Source of the DNA: an uncultured archaeon | GTDB taxonomy: Archaea > Hadarchaeota > Hadarchaeia > Hadarchaeales > Hadarchaeaceae | Assembly (NCBI GenBank): GCA_937921735.1 | Contig: CAKZTQ010000016.1 | Span: forward strand, 15,622-79,621 | Length of the DNA: 64,000 nt | Direction: 5' to 3' | Shown here: piece by piece, positions 1 through 8,183 of the stretch | How the letters are laid out: every line of letters starts with the position of its first letter | Position numbering within the stretch: position 1 is the stretch's first letter | Made by a program: the position numbers and the translations under genes | Notes under the pieces: generated by a model | What the model was told of the DNA's origin: nothing | The model's input: the letters and a program-made list of their open reading frames with translations, nothing else | Databases searched by the model: none

Positions 1-746
1 TAGATGTCCTGCGTGCCCGAGAGCAGCTTCATGGCCTCCAGCGACATGTAGAAGTTGGAGTTCCAGACGGAGGGGATGTTGGCCTCGCAGAGGTTGAGGG
101 CCTCGAGGATGGTGTGGAGGTTGGGCGTGGGGCTGCCGCCGACCCAATTCACGTTTCTCGCCCCATCCCGGCGCTGCCCCTCCACCAGCCTCGCGAGGGT
201 CTGAGGCGAGACCTCCACCCCCTCGGCGGGGTACTGGGAGATGTCCCAGTTCTGACAGAAGCAGCACTTGAAGGTGCAGCCGTTGAAGAAGATGGTGTAG
301 CTAGGCACGAGCTCCGGCTCCTCCCCCATGTGGATGAACTCCGATGCTATCCTCGAGCGCTCGCCCACCCCGCACACCCCCCGCTCGCCCGCCGTGCGGT
401 CGACTCCGCACCTGCGCTCGCAGAAGTGGCATGACCTCAAGATCCTCCGCGCGAGCTCCACCTTGAGATCGAGCAGCGAGGTCCGGGGGCGCTCCCGTTC
501 CGGGAGGCTTACCTTCCCCTCGTCGACCCTCCCTAGCAGCCTGCGTAACTCCCTCAGCCCCCGCTCGTGGGCCCGCCACAGCTCGTCGTCGCCCGCGGAG
601 AGGTCGACGTCCACCTCCACCTGCTTGCAAACCTGAAACCTGGCGGGAAGCTTGTCCTCCATGACCGCGAAGTAGCGGCCCAGGGACCTCCTAGCCCGCT
701 CGTCCCTGAGCACGGCCACGGCATCCGGCCTCAAGACGCGCCACAT
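1..746 (-). CDS. Radical SAM enzyme of the pyruvate formate-lyase activase-like (PflX/COG1313-type) family. It is N-terminal only: the gene runs off the window start.
   Basis: Reverse-strand translation from the ATG at 746 gives MWRVLRPDAVAVLRDE...HFCERRCGVDRTAGERGVCG...FFNGCTFKCCFCQNWDIS... This contains the CxxxCxxC radical-SAM motif plus an upstream Cys cluster, with no stop codon before position 1. The ORF track missed it because the ORF is open-ended. Confidence 0.7.
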   Translation of the reverse strand, partial: MWRVLRPDAVAVLRDERARRSLGRYFAVMEDKLPARFQVCKQVEVDVDLSAGDDELWRAHERGLRELRRLLGRVDEGKVSLPERERPRTSLLDLKVELARRILRSCHFCERRCGVDRTAGERGVCGVGERSRIASEFIHMGEEPELVPSYTIFFNGCTFKCCFCQNWDISQYPAEGVEVSPQTLARLVEGQRRDGARNVNWVGGSPTPNLHTILEALNLCEANIPSVWNSNFYMSLEAMKLLSGTQDI

Positions 747-756
747 GGTATGCCCA

Positions 757-770
757 TAGATATTTTAAAT
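757..770. promoter_or_regulatory. AT-rich TATA-like element (ATAGATATTTTAAAT) in a 60-nt divergent intergenic region. It is a candidate bidirectional archaeal promoter for the radical SAM gene (-) and prs (+).
   Basis: This is the only AT-rich patch between the divergent starts at 746 and 807. Its spacing to both start codons fits leaderless or short-leader transcripts. Confidence 0.4.
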
Positions 771-806
771 CCGCTCGCAAAAAGGGTTGTCGCATCTGGT
801 GATGCC

Positions 807-1685
807 ATGTTAGTCATCTCCGGTTCCGCCTCTAGGAAGCTGGCATCCAGGGTCGCCCAAGCCTTAAGGTGCCCGCTCGTGGAGCCGGAACGCTCCACCT
901 TTCCCGACGGTGAAAGCTACCTTCGCATCGACCGCGAGGTGAAGGGCGAGCACGTCGTCGTAGTGCAGTCCACCTGCAGGCCGGCGAACGACAACTACAT
1001 CGAGCTCTTCCTGCTCCTCGACGCCGCCAAAGACTTGGGGGCCAAGCAGGTGACCGCGGTCGTGCCGTACCTCGGCTACGCCAGGCAGGACAAGCGCTTC
1101 AAGCCGGGAGAAGCGGTCAGCGTCCGGACCATGTGCAAGCTCATCGAGCGCGCGGGGGCGGATGAGCTCCTGACGGTGGACATCCACGAGGAGGAGATAA
1201 TGGCCAACTTCGCGATCCCCGCGTACAACCTGACCGCGATGTCCCTGCTGGGTCGCCACCTCTCCACGCTGGAGCTCCGAGACCCCGTCGTCCTCGCTCC
1301 CGACCAAGGCGCGCTCCGCCACGCCCGTAGGGCAGCGGCGGAGTTCATGGCCGACCACGACTACCTCGAGAAGACCAGGCTCACCTCCACCAAGGTCAAG
1401 GTCGGCCCCAAGCGCCTGAACGTCGCCGGGCGGGATGTGGTGATCGTCGACGATATCATCAGCACGGGGGGCACGGTGATCGAGGCCATCAGGATCTTGA
1501 AGAGGCAGGGCGCCCGCAGGATATATGCCGCCTGCACCCATCCCGTGCTAGTGGGCGATGCCATGAGGAGGATATTGGCCGCCGGCGCGAGGGCCATCAT
1601 CGCGACCGACACCATCGAGCACAAGACCAGCGTGGTCTCCGTGGCGCCGGTGATAGCGGAGGCCGTCCGCCAGGGTTCTCCATGA
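807..1685 (+). CDS. prs: Ribose-phosphate pyrophosphokinase (PRPP synthetase)
   Basis: The translation MLVISGSASRKLASRVAQAL...VPYLGYARQDKRF...DYLEKTRL...VVIVDDIISTGGT matches archaeal Prs along its full length. The ATG at 807 is preferred over the GTG at 567 or the ATG at 750, which would overlap the divergent radical SAM gene. Confidence 0.85.
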   Translation: MLVISGSASRKLASRVAQALRCPLVEPERSTFPDGESYLRIDREVKGEHVVVVQSTCRPANDNYIELFLLLDAAKDLGAKQVTAVVPYLGYARQDKRFKPGEAVSVRTMCKLIERAGADELLTVDIHEEEIMANFAIPAYNLTAMSLLGRHLSTLELRDPVVLAPDQGALRHARRAAAEFMADHDYLEKTRLTSTKVKVGPKRLNVAGRDVVIVDDIISTGGTVIEAIRILKRQGARRIYAACTHPVLVGDAMRRILAAGARAIIATDTIEHKTSVVSVAPVIAEAVRQGSP

Positions 1686-2713
1686 GGCGGCTCATGTTCC
1701 TTCTCTCGGGGGAGCACCCGACCCTACCGGTAGCGGAAGCCATAGCGGCGATCAAGGCCGAACATCGTGCCTATAAGGTGGTGGAGCAGCTAGACCAAGT
1801 GCTGATCGTCGAGACGAAGGCCGACCCAGAGGTGCTGGCCTCCAGGCTGGCCTTTTGTCGGGAGATATGTTGGCACCTATGCACGGCAGACGTCGCCGAG
1901 CTCTTGGAGGCGATCGGAAGCTCCGACGTCGTCGACCTCATACCCCACGGCAGGACCTTCGCCGTACACATCAGGAGGGTGAAGCGCCACTCGCCCGAAG
2001 TGGACGTGCCCAGGCTTGCTAAGGAGGTGGCGGACCTGATAGCTAGCGAGGTGGAGTTCAAGGTCGACCTAGAGCAGCCAGAGGTGGAGGTGCTCGGCGC
2101 GCTCACCGACGGCAAGTGCGTCATAGGCTTGACCATCGCGCGGGTGGACCGCGCCCAGTTCGCCAAGCGCAAACCCATGGTGAGGCCAGCCTTTCACCCA
2201 GGCACCCTGATGCCGAAGCTCGCCCGCTGCATGGTCAACTTGGCCCGGGCGCCTACAGGGGGCACCCTGCTGGATCCCTTCGCGGGGGTGGGGGGGATAT
2301 TGATAGAGGCCGGGCTGATGGGCGCCAAGCCCGTGGGCATAGACATAGACCCGGAGATGTTGGACGGCGCTAGGCTCAACTTGGAGGGCTTTGGCATCGA
2401 GGATTATCAACTGATCTTGGGCGATGCCCGCTCCATCCCGTTGGCCGAGGCTACGGTCGACGCCATCGCGACCGACCCGCCTTACGGGCGCCAGGCCACG
2501 ACCGCGGGCCTGAAGCTCGAGGACCTCTACGGCCAAGCCCTGCCCGAGATAGCAAGGGTGCTCAAGCGCAAGGGCTACGCTTGCATCACCTCACCCGCCA
2601 CCCTAGAGCTCGAAGACCTCGCCAAGGGGGCCGGCCTTAGGCCGATCGAGAGGCACGAGCAAAGGGTACATAAGACCCTCACGCGTCGCATCCACGTGTT
2701 CAGGAAAAGGTAG
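1682..2713 (+). CDS. trm11: tRNA (guanine10-N2)-methyltransferase of the Trm11/Trm-G10 type, with a THUMP domain and a class I methyltransferase domain
   Basis: A THUMP-like N-terminus is followed by a methyltransferase domain with GTLLDPFAGVGGILIEA and a DPPYG motif. At ~343 aa it is typical of archaeal Trm-G10. It overlaps the prs stop by 4 nt (ATGA). Confidence 0.75.
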   Translation: MRRLMFLLSGEHPTLPVAEAIAAIKAEHRAYKVVEQLDQVLIVETKADPEVLASRLAFCREICWHLCTADVAELLEAIGSSDVVDLIPHGRTFAVHIRRVKRHSPEVDVPRLAKEVADLIASEVEFKVDLEQPEVEVLGALTDGKCVIGLTIARVDRAQFAKRKPMVRPAFHPGTLMPKLARCMVNLARAPTGGTLLDPFAGVGGILIEAGLMGAKPVGIDIDPEMLDGARLNLEGFGIEDYQLILGDARSIPLAEATVDAIATDPPYGRQATTAGLKLEDLYGQALPEIARVLKRKGYACITSPATLELEDLAKGAGLRPIERHEQRVHKTLTRRIHVFRKR

Positions 2714-2790
2714 GCGCGCAAACGGCTTAAGTAATCGCGCCGAGATAATCGAGGGATTTGCTAGGGCGGCGAGTCCTGGTCGGTGTAAGG

Positions 2791-3708
2791 ATGGAATTGA
2801 AAATAGTTTTTCTCGGCACGGGCGGGAGCATCCCAACACCCTCCCGAGCCCTGCCTGCGGTGGCCATAAAGAGGGGAGGGGAGCTCCTGTTGTTCGATTG
2901 CGGCGAGGGCGTGCAATCCCAGATGGCCCGCGCGCAGCTTAGCCCGATGAAGCTCAACGCGGTCTTCATCACCCACCTCCACGGGGACCACTTCTTGGGG
3001 CTGGCGGGGCTCGTCCAGACCCTTTCCCTGATGGATCGAACGAGGGAGTTGGAGGTCTACTGCCCGCCCGGGGCGAAGGAGAGGATCGAGACCTATCTCA
3101 GGATTCCATACTACACCCTGACGTTCGACGTTGCGGTGAACGAGTTGGAGCCCGGGGCTGAGGTTAGGCGGGGCGATTACGTCATCAGGACCTGCGGGGT
3201 GGAGCATGGGGTGCCCGCGCTGGCCTATGCTTTGATAGAGGACCCCCGCCCGGGCGAGTTCTACCCCGAGAAGGCCGTGGGGTTGGGGGTCAAACCGGGG
3301 CCCGACTTCTCCCGCCTGCGGGCGGGGCAAACCATAAGGCTGCCCGGCGGTAGGCTGGTGAGGCCGGAGGAGGTGATGGGGCCGCCGAGGCCGGGGCGGA
3401 AGGTGGTCTACGCCGGCGACACCCGGCCCTGCGAGAGCTTGGTGGAGCTCGCCCGCGGCGCCGATGTGTTGATCCACGATTGCACGCTGGCCAACGAGCT
3501 CGCCGACAAGGCGGTGGAGAGCGGCCACTCCACGCCGGCCGAGGCGGCGGAGGTGGCGAGGAGGGCAGGCGTAGGGCAGTTGGTGCTCATCCACATCAGT
3601 CCTAGGTATGCCGACGAGGAGGTGCTGCTCAGACAAGCGCGCGAGGTCTTCCCGAACGCGGTGGTGGCGAGGGACCTGATGGAGCTGGACGTGAGGTTCA
3701 AACAATAA
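2791..3708 (+). CDS. rnz: Ribonuclease Z (tRNA 3' endonuclease)
   Basis: MELKIVFLGTGGSIPTP...ITHLHGDHFLGLAGL is the metallo-beta-lactamase HxHxDH motif, with a full-length RNase Z pattern. The ATG at 2791 is chosen over the GTG at 2758. Confidence 0.85.
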   Translation: MELKIVFLGTGGSIPTPSRALPAVAIKRGGELLLFDCGEGVQSQMARAQLSPMKLNAVFITHLHGDHFLGLAGLVQTLSLMDRTRELEVYCPPGAKERIETYLRIPYYTLTFDVAVNELEPGAEVRRGDYVIRTCGVEHGVPALAYALIEDPRPGEFYPEKAVGLGVKPGPDFSRLRAGQTIRLPGGRLVRPEEVMGPPRPGRKVVYAGDTRPCESLVELARGADVLIHDCTLANELADKAVESGHSTPAEAAEVARRAGVGQLVLIHISPRYADEEVLLRQAREVFPNAVVARDLMELDVRFKQ

Positions 3709-3801
3709 GGGCTCAGGGAATAGGGTTCAGCTCATCTCGCGATCGCCTAACCCTCTTCTCATCATAGCCGAAAATCCATTCCAGCGCGAAAACTTAAAAG
3801 A

Positions 3802-4455
3802 TTACCTCAGCCCCTGAAACCGAACGCCCACCGCCTCCACTTTATACCGCCTCGTCAGCTCGGCCAACAGGGCCACGAGGGGCTCGACGAACCTCCCGTT
3901 GCGCAATGGTCCGCCGTCCACCGCCCTAACGCCGGGCATCTTCTCGACCAGTTTCATGACCCTCTCCTTCGCCGCCGGGTCGTCGCTGCACACCACCACA
4001 TCGCAGTCTAGGGGCCTCGAGAGCTCCTGCAGGAGCCTTGCCCCCACGGTCTGAAGCGCGGACACCACCCTCACTCCCTTCGGCACTAGCTTGGCCAACT
4101 CCTCCCCCGTTGAGCCCGCCCTCGGGCGCTTGAGCACGACTTCGCCGGGTCGGACTTGGATGGGAACGACGACGTTGACCAAGATCTTGCCCGGGCTCAG
4201 GCCTCGACGTATTTCTCTCATTATTTTCCTCATCGCCTCGAAGGGGACGCTGAGCACCACCACCTCCGCCTCGCGGGCCGCTTCGAGGTTCGTCGTTCCC
4301 CTCACCGGCTTGCCGACGAGCTTGCCCACCTCGGCCGCCGCCCGCTTCGCCTTCTCCTCGAAGCGGGAGCCTATGATCACGTCCTCGCCCGCCATAGCCC
4401 ACCTCGCCACCAGCCCCTTCCCCTGCGCGCCCGTGCCCCCTATGACGGCTATCAT
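3802..4455 (-). CDS. fno: F420H2:NADP+ oxidoreductase (NADPH-dependent F420 reductase)
   Basis: MIAVIGGTGAQGKGLVARWAMAGEDVIIGSRFEEKAKRAAAE... is the Rossmann N-terminus and length typical of Fno/NpdG. Confidence 0.8.
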   Translation of the reverse strand: MIAVIGGTGAQGKGLVARWAMAGEDVIIGSRFEEKAKRAAAEVGKLVGKPVRGTTNLEAAREAEVVVLSVPFEAMRKIMREIRRGLSPGKILVNVVVPIQVRPGEVVLKRPRAGSTGEELAKLVPKGVRVVSALQTVGARLLQELSRPLDCDVVVCSDDPAAKERVMKLVEKMPGVRAVDGGPLRNGRFVEPLVALLAELTRRYKVEAVGVRFQGLR

Positions 4456-4456
4456 C

Positions 4457-4867
4457 CTAATCCCGATATTCGATCTCCCTGATGGGCTTTCCGTCCGCGG
4501 TGCGAGGGGCTAAATAGTCTATCAACCTCTCCGCGTCCCTCGCCTCTACGACGACGGTTATCGGGCCCAGCGGGGATTCACCATCGGTGAAGCTGACCTT
4601 CCCGACCGCGGCCGCCTGTTTGTTCAGCATGAACTGCACCACGCCTCCCCGCATGCCCCTGCGCATGACGCTCCTGGCGGAGTCTAGGATGGCCTGTGAC
4701 CTCAGCAGTTGATGTAACCTATCTAAGGCCTCGACCCTCGTCGACTCGCCGGAGATCACGTTCCCGACCAAGCTCAGCTCAAGCGTAGGAAATATGTTTT
4801 TTATCGCCCTCTCGACCTTGGCGGGGTCCTCCGTGGGCCTGACCTCTGCCTCCACCCTAAGCTTCAA
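4457..4867 (-). CDS. UPF0201-family (COG1931-like) predicted RNA-binding protein
   Basis: A 136-aa protein, MKLRVEAEVRPTEDPAKVERAIKNIFP..., resembling the archaeal UPF0201 family. It is translationally coupled to its neighbours. Confidence 0.5.
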   Translation of the reverse strand: MKLRVEAEVRPTEDPAKVERAIKNIFPTLELSLVGNVISGESTRVEALDRLHQLLRSQAILDSARSVMRRGMRGGVVQFMLNKQAAAVGKVSFTDGESPLGPITVVVEARDAERLIDYLAPRTADGKPIREIEYRD

Positions 4868-5433
4868 AGCCTACCCCCCAGCATAGATTCGATGAGCTCG
4901 GCTGCCCTCTCGCGGAGTTCATCCAGCGTGCCTTCGTTCACGACGATGGCATCCGCCAACGCTAGGGCCTCGCCGAGCCCCCACCCCAGCTCGCGCCTAT
5001 CCTTCTCGCGAAAGGCCTTTAGGCTCTCTATGTCGTCGGCCCTTCCCCTCCCCGAGACCCTCGAGTAACGCGTCCGCTCGCTCGCCCAAACTGCGAGGAG
5101 GCGAAAGCGGTCACCGAAGGCCCCGCGGAATTCCTCCACCTCTGCGATGCCCCTGATGCCATCGACGACCACCGCCCGCTTGCCCACGCCAACTCGCTCG
5201 ATGATCGGGACGCAGCGCTTGGCGATCGCCCCGGGTCCGTCCCTCCGCCTGAGCTCGTCGGCCACAGCGCCGACGTTGGCCTCGTTTATCTCCAGCCCTC
5301 GGCGCTTGACCTCCTCCCAGACCACATCCCCCATCCGCACGCAGGGCATATCTAGGCCCATCGCGACCTTCGCGACCTCGGTCTTGCCGGAGCCCTGCAA
5401 GCCGACGATGCCTATGACGGCGAAGTTGCTCAT
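4864..5433 (-). CDS. UPF0200-family P-loop NTPase (adenylate/dephospho-CoA kinase-like)
   Basis: MSNFAVIGIVGLQGSGKTEVAKVAM... contains a Walker A motif. The start is the ATG at 5433; the upstream ORF-track extension is Arg/His-rich and unlikely to be real. It overlaps UPF0201 by 4 nt. Confidence 0.55.
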   Translation of the reverse strand: MSNFAVIGIVGLQGSGKTEVAKVAMGLDMPCVRMGDVVWEEVKRRGLEINEANVGAVADELRRRDGPGAIAKRCVPIIERVGVGKRAVVVDGIRGIAEVEEFRGAFGDRFRLLAVWASERTRYSRVSGRGRADDIESLKAFREKDRRELGWGLGEALALADAIVVNEGTLDELRERAAELIESMLGGRL

Positions 5434-5663
5434 AGCTCGACCACTATCAAGGTAGTGGTATTCGTGACGCCGGGTATGCTGCGGATGTCGCCGAAGACGG
5501 CTTTGGTGAGCTTCTCGAGGGAGTCCACTTCTATGCGCGCGATGATGTCGTAAGGTCCCGCGACGCACTCCGCCTTCTTGACGCCCTCCACCGCCTTAAC
5601 CCTCCGAAAGACCTCAGCGGTCTTGCCGGGCTCGGCGGATATCAAGCTATAGGCATTTACCAT
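5430..5663 (-). CDS. Stand-alone Lrp/AsnC C-terminal (RAM) ligand-binding domain protein
   Basis: A 77-aa protein, MVNAYSLISAEPGKTAEVFRRVKAVEGVKKAECVAGPYDIIARIEV..., showing the RAM-domain pattern. It overlaps the downstream kinase-like gene by 4 nt. Confidence 0.6.
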   Translation of the reverse strand: MVNAYSLISAEPGKTAEVFRRVKAVEGVKKAECVAGPYDIIARIEVDSLEKLTKAVFGDIRSIPGVTNTTTLIVVEL

Positions 5664-5758
5664 TCTGGCACCCCCTTACATATTCAAATCGGCGGCTTTA
5701 ATACTTCGATTTTTCGCCGGTTTTTTTAAGGTCCGTGGAATCCTAAATTGGTGGTCGC

Positions 5759-6367
5759 TTGGACAGGATCTACTACAAAGGGAAAGCCTTCGAGGTGAGC
5801 CCTCAAGTTTACCCCCCAGCCGAGGACACCTTCCTCCTCGCGGACAATCTGGACGCGCGGGCGGGCGAACGGGTACTTGAACTAGGGACGGGCTGCGGCA
5901 TCCTCGCGATCCTGGCGGCGGAGGCTGGCGCCGAGGTGGTGGCGACGGATGTGAACCCAGCCGCGTTGAGGTGCGCCCGTGCGAACGCCGTAGCCCACGG
6001 CGTCGAGGATAGGATAGACTTCAGGCTCGGCGATCTCTTTGAGCCCGTGCGGGGGGAGAGGTTCGACCTAGTGGTCTTCAATCCTCCGTACCTACCTGTT
6101 CCCTCCGAGGAATCGATCGGCGACATGCTGGACCGCGCGTGGGAGGGCGGTCCGGATGGGAGGGCGGTGATCGATAGGTTTCTCGAGGGGTTGCCCGAGC
6201 ACCTGAATGAGGGAGGGCGAGCTCTCTTCGTGCAATCCTCGCTGTCGGATATCACGAGAACTCTTCACATGCTTCGTGCCTTTCGGGTGGGCATCCTGCG
6301 ACGAAAGTTGCCTTTCGAGGAATTATTTCTGCTGCGCGTCACAACCCTTTTACCCCTACAGCTTTAG
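5759..6367 (+). CDS. HemK/PrmC-like protein N5-glutamine methyltransferase (aRF1 methyltransferase Mtq2-like)
   Basis: Contains the NPPY motif (VVFNPPYLP) and the GTGCG SAM-binding motif. It has a TTG start at 5759 directly after an in-frame TAA, and a TTTTTTTAAGG TATA-like box about 30 nt upstream. Confidence 0.7.
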   Translation: MDRIYYKGKAFEVSPQVYPPAEDTFLLADNLDARAGERVLELGTGCGILAILAAEAGAEVVATDVNPAALRCARANAVAHGVEDRIDFRLGDLFEPVRGERFDLVVFNPPYLPVPSEESIGDMLDRAWEGGPDGRAVIDRFLEGLPEHLNEGGRALFVQSSLSDITRTLHMLRAFRVGILRRKLPFEELFLLRVTTLLPLQL

Positions 6368-6385
6368 AATCATGGCGGTGTGAAC

Positions 6386-6496
6386 GTGGGGAAGAGACCC
6401 CGCAAGTGGAAGAAGAAGGGAAGGATGCGCTGGAAGTGGCTGAAGAAGCGCATGCGCAGGAAGCAGCGCCGATTGAAGCAGAGGGTAGGGGCATAA
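6386..6496 (+). CDS. rpl41e: 50S ribosomal protein L41e
   Basis: A short basic [39 protein letters not shown]. The eL41 signature KW(K/R)KKRMRR is present. It is too short for the ORF track. It lies directly after the HemK TAG, in the same frame. Alternative starts are the GTG at 6380 and the ATG at 6425. Confidence 0.6.
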   Translation: MGKRPRKWKKKGRMRWKWLKKRMRRKQRRLKQRVGA

Positions 6497-6547
6497 TCCT
6501 CTTTTGTTGGTCGAAAAAATTTATTTACCGTAACGTTTTTATATTGG

Positions 6548-7198
6548 ATGGATAATCCATCCATAGATAAAATGTTTAGCTCAACTACTCCCGAGAAAGC
6601 GCTCTCCGACAGGGTGAAGGTACTGTCGGCGGTGTGTCTTGCGTTAATAGTTTTCAACAAACTGGTTTTGAGCAAGTTCGGGATCCCCAACCTCGAGTTG
6701 ATAATCCCAGCCTTGGCCGTCGCAGGTGGTTTTTCCCTCGCCATAACCGGTCATAGGGGCCCGTCGGTCCTCTGCTACGGGGCGGCGGCGATCTCGGCGA
6801 TAGGTTTGCTGGACATCCTAGGGTGGGGGTTGCAACCCATCTATGCCTTCACATGGCCTGGGTTCCTCATGGCATGGTTCTTGGCCACGCGAAAAGGATT
6901 TCCCATTTTTGAAAGATTCGGACATCTCGTGCGCCGCGCGACCATCACCGCGGCCCTCGCCATCTTGGCATTCGATGCTTGGACGGCCCTTGGGGCATGG
7001 GTCCTGTGGTATCCCAAGACCCTCTCTTGGCTGGCCATGACTTACCTCTTGCAAATACCCTTCACCCTCTACCATCTCGCCTCGCTATTCTTTGTTCCAC
7101 CGCTCGTGGGATTGGGCAAGGCTTTGGTGAGGATCAAGGTCCCGATCGCCGTTGCGGTACGGGCGGCGATGAGGACCCAGACCTCGCAGGGGATGTAA
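6548..7198 (+). CDS. Hypothetical integral membrane protein (about 6 predicted TM helices)
   Basis: A hydrophobic 216-aa translation with an ATG start, in a region of lower GC. No family-specific motif was recognised. Confidence 0.5.
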   Translation: MDNPSIDKMFSSTTPEKALSDRVKVLSAVCLALIVFNKLVLSKFGIPNLELIIPALAVAGGFSLAITGHRGPSVLCYGAAAISAIGLLDILGWGLQPIYAFTWPGFLMAWFLATRKGFPIFERFGHLVRRATITAALAILAFDAWTALGAWVLWYPKTLSWLAMTYLLQIPFTLYHLASLFFVPPLVGLGKALVRIKVPIAVAVRAAMRTQTSQGM

Positions 7199-7242
7199 GG
7201 GGTGGTCAAACGAGGGGCGGGGCTATCATCCTTGGGGTCTTA

Positions 7243-7620
7243 GTGGTGGTCGCAATCGTTGCGGCGTTTCAGTTAGGTAGCATGCGGGCAGCACGCGAGC
7301 GAGAAGTCGTGGGCAGCGTGTCCATCCGCATCGTCATGGTACAACCGGGCGAAAACCTGTTGCTCAAGGACGAAAACGTGGAGATCCTCGCCGGGACCAC
7401 GGTCTTCGAGGTATTGGACCGCATTGCCCAAGTGGGCTACAGGGAATACCCAGGGTTAGGCAAGTTCGTGATCTCGATAGACAACATCGAACAAACCGAA
7501 GACAAGTGGTGGCTGTACCAGGTAAACGGAGTTCACCCGAACATCGCAGCGGACAGATACGTGGTCGCCGACGGGGACAACATCCTCTGGGAGTTCACCT
7601 CAGAGTGGCCTACCTTTTGA
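7243..7620 (+). CDS. DUF4430 (transcobalamin-like fold) domain protein with an N-terminal signal anchor
   Basis: GAIILGVLVVVAIVAAF is followed by ...VFEVLDRIAQVGYREYPGLGKFVISIDNIEQTEDKWWLYQVNGVHPNIAADRYVVADGDNILWEFT, which matches the DUF4430 pattern. The start is placed after the upstream membrane-protein stop; the ORF-track start at 6979 overlaps that gene. Confidence 0.55.
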   Translation: MVVAIVAAFQLGSMRAAREREVVGSVSIRIVMVQPGENLLLKDENVEILAGTTVFEVLDRIAQVGYREYPGLGKFVISIDNIEQTEDKWWLYQVNGVHPNIAADRYVVADGDNILWEFTSEWPTF

Positions 7621-8139
7621 CCGGGCGAGGGTCCTAGCGGCGGCCCTTGCCCCGGCCTCTGCTTTGAGCTCATCCTTGGCCGTGCCAATTACTATCACAT
7701 CCCCTTCCCTTGGTTTGAAGATCTCGATCAGCATCTCGCCGACTTCGGGCGGCACCTCAAGGAAGCCGTTGGGGAACTGAAGCTTGCTCTCCTTGAAGAC
7801 CAGCACCGTTGCCCCATCCGCACCGGCCTTTATGGCCTCATCACGTTGTTCTATGCCACGTCTGACCCTCGCCGCGGCTCCCCTGACGATCGTGGCCACG
7901 TCCACCTCCCCCACGGTGAGATCCCCAGCGTCCAACCTCACGTATCCGGAGGTCCTCCCGAGCTCCCTTCTACCCTTAGCCGTTACCGAGTGGCCTCCCC
8001 GCGAAGAGGTGATCAACCCCCGCATCTCCAGGCGCCTGAGGATGGTGCGGACGCTGCCCTCCCCGATCCCAAGCTCCCTCGCGAGCTGTTTTCGCCCGAT
8101 CCTCCCGCGCTCGGCGATGATCTCCAACGCCTTTCTCAC
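7600..8139 (-). CDS. Winged-helix DNA-binding protein with a C-terminal DUF4443-like domain (putative transcription regulator)
   Basis: The HTH-like N-terminus is RKALEIIAERGRIGRKQLARELGIGEGSVRTILRRLEMRGLI. The start is either the GTG at 8139 or the TTG at 8187, which overlaps the argF stop. The long N-terminal extension in the ORF track overlaps argF in another frame and is rejected. Confidence 0.45.
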   Translation of the reverse strand: MRKALEIIAERGRIGRKQLARELGIGEGSVRTILRRLEMRGLITSSRGGHSVTAKGRRELGRTSGYVRLDAGDLTVGEVDVATIVRGAAARVRRGIEQRDEAIKAGADGATVLVFKESKLQFPNGFLEVPPEVGEMLIEIFKPREGDVIVIGTAKDELKAEAGARAAARTLARSKGRPL

Positions 8140-8183
8140 CTGAGACTCCGCAAATCGTGGCAGGGGCCCAACGCTTGACAAGC

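Noticed and set aside
567-806. GTG-initiated N-terminal extension of prs proposed by the ORF track
   Set aside because: The extension overlaps the divergent radical SAM coding region and has no similarity to Prs. The conserved Prs N-terminus (MLVISGS) starts at the ATG at 807.
2761-3705. 314-aa ORF antisense to rnz. Similar long antisense ORFs lie at 864-1541, 9473-10351, 15058-16506, 19403-19801, 36293-36928, 41859-42398 and 47524-48225.
   Set aside because: These are typical spurious open frames on the non-coding strand of high-GC genes. Their translations are low-complexity and Arg/Pro/Gly-rich with no motifs, and the opposite strand in each case carries a confidently recognised gene.
6370-6744. 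124-aa minus-strand ORF between HemK and the membrane protein
   Set aside because: It overlaps the L41e gene and the membrane-protein start on the opposite strand. It has odd composition and no motif.
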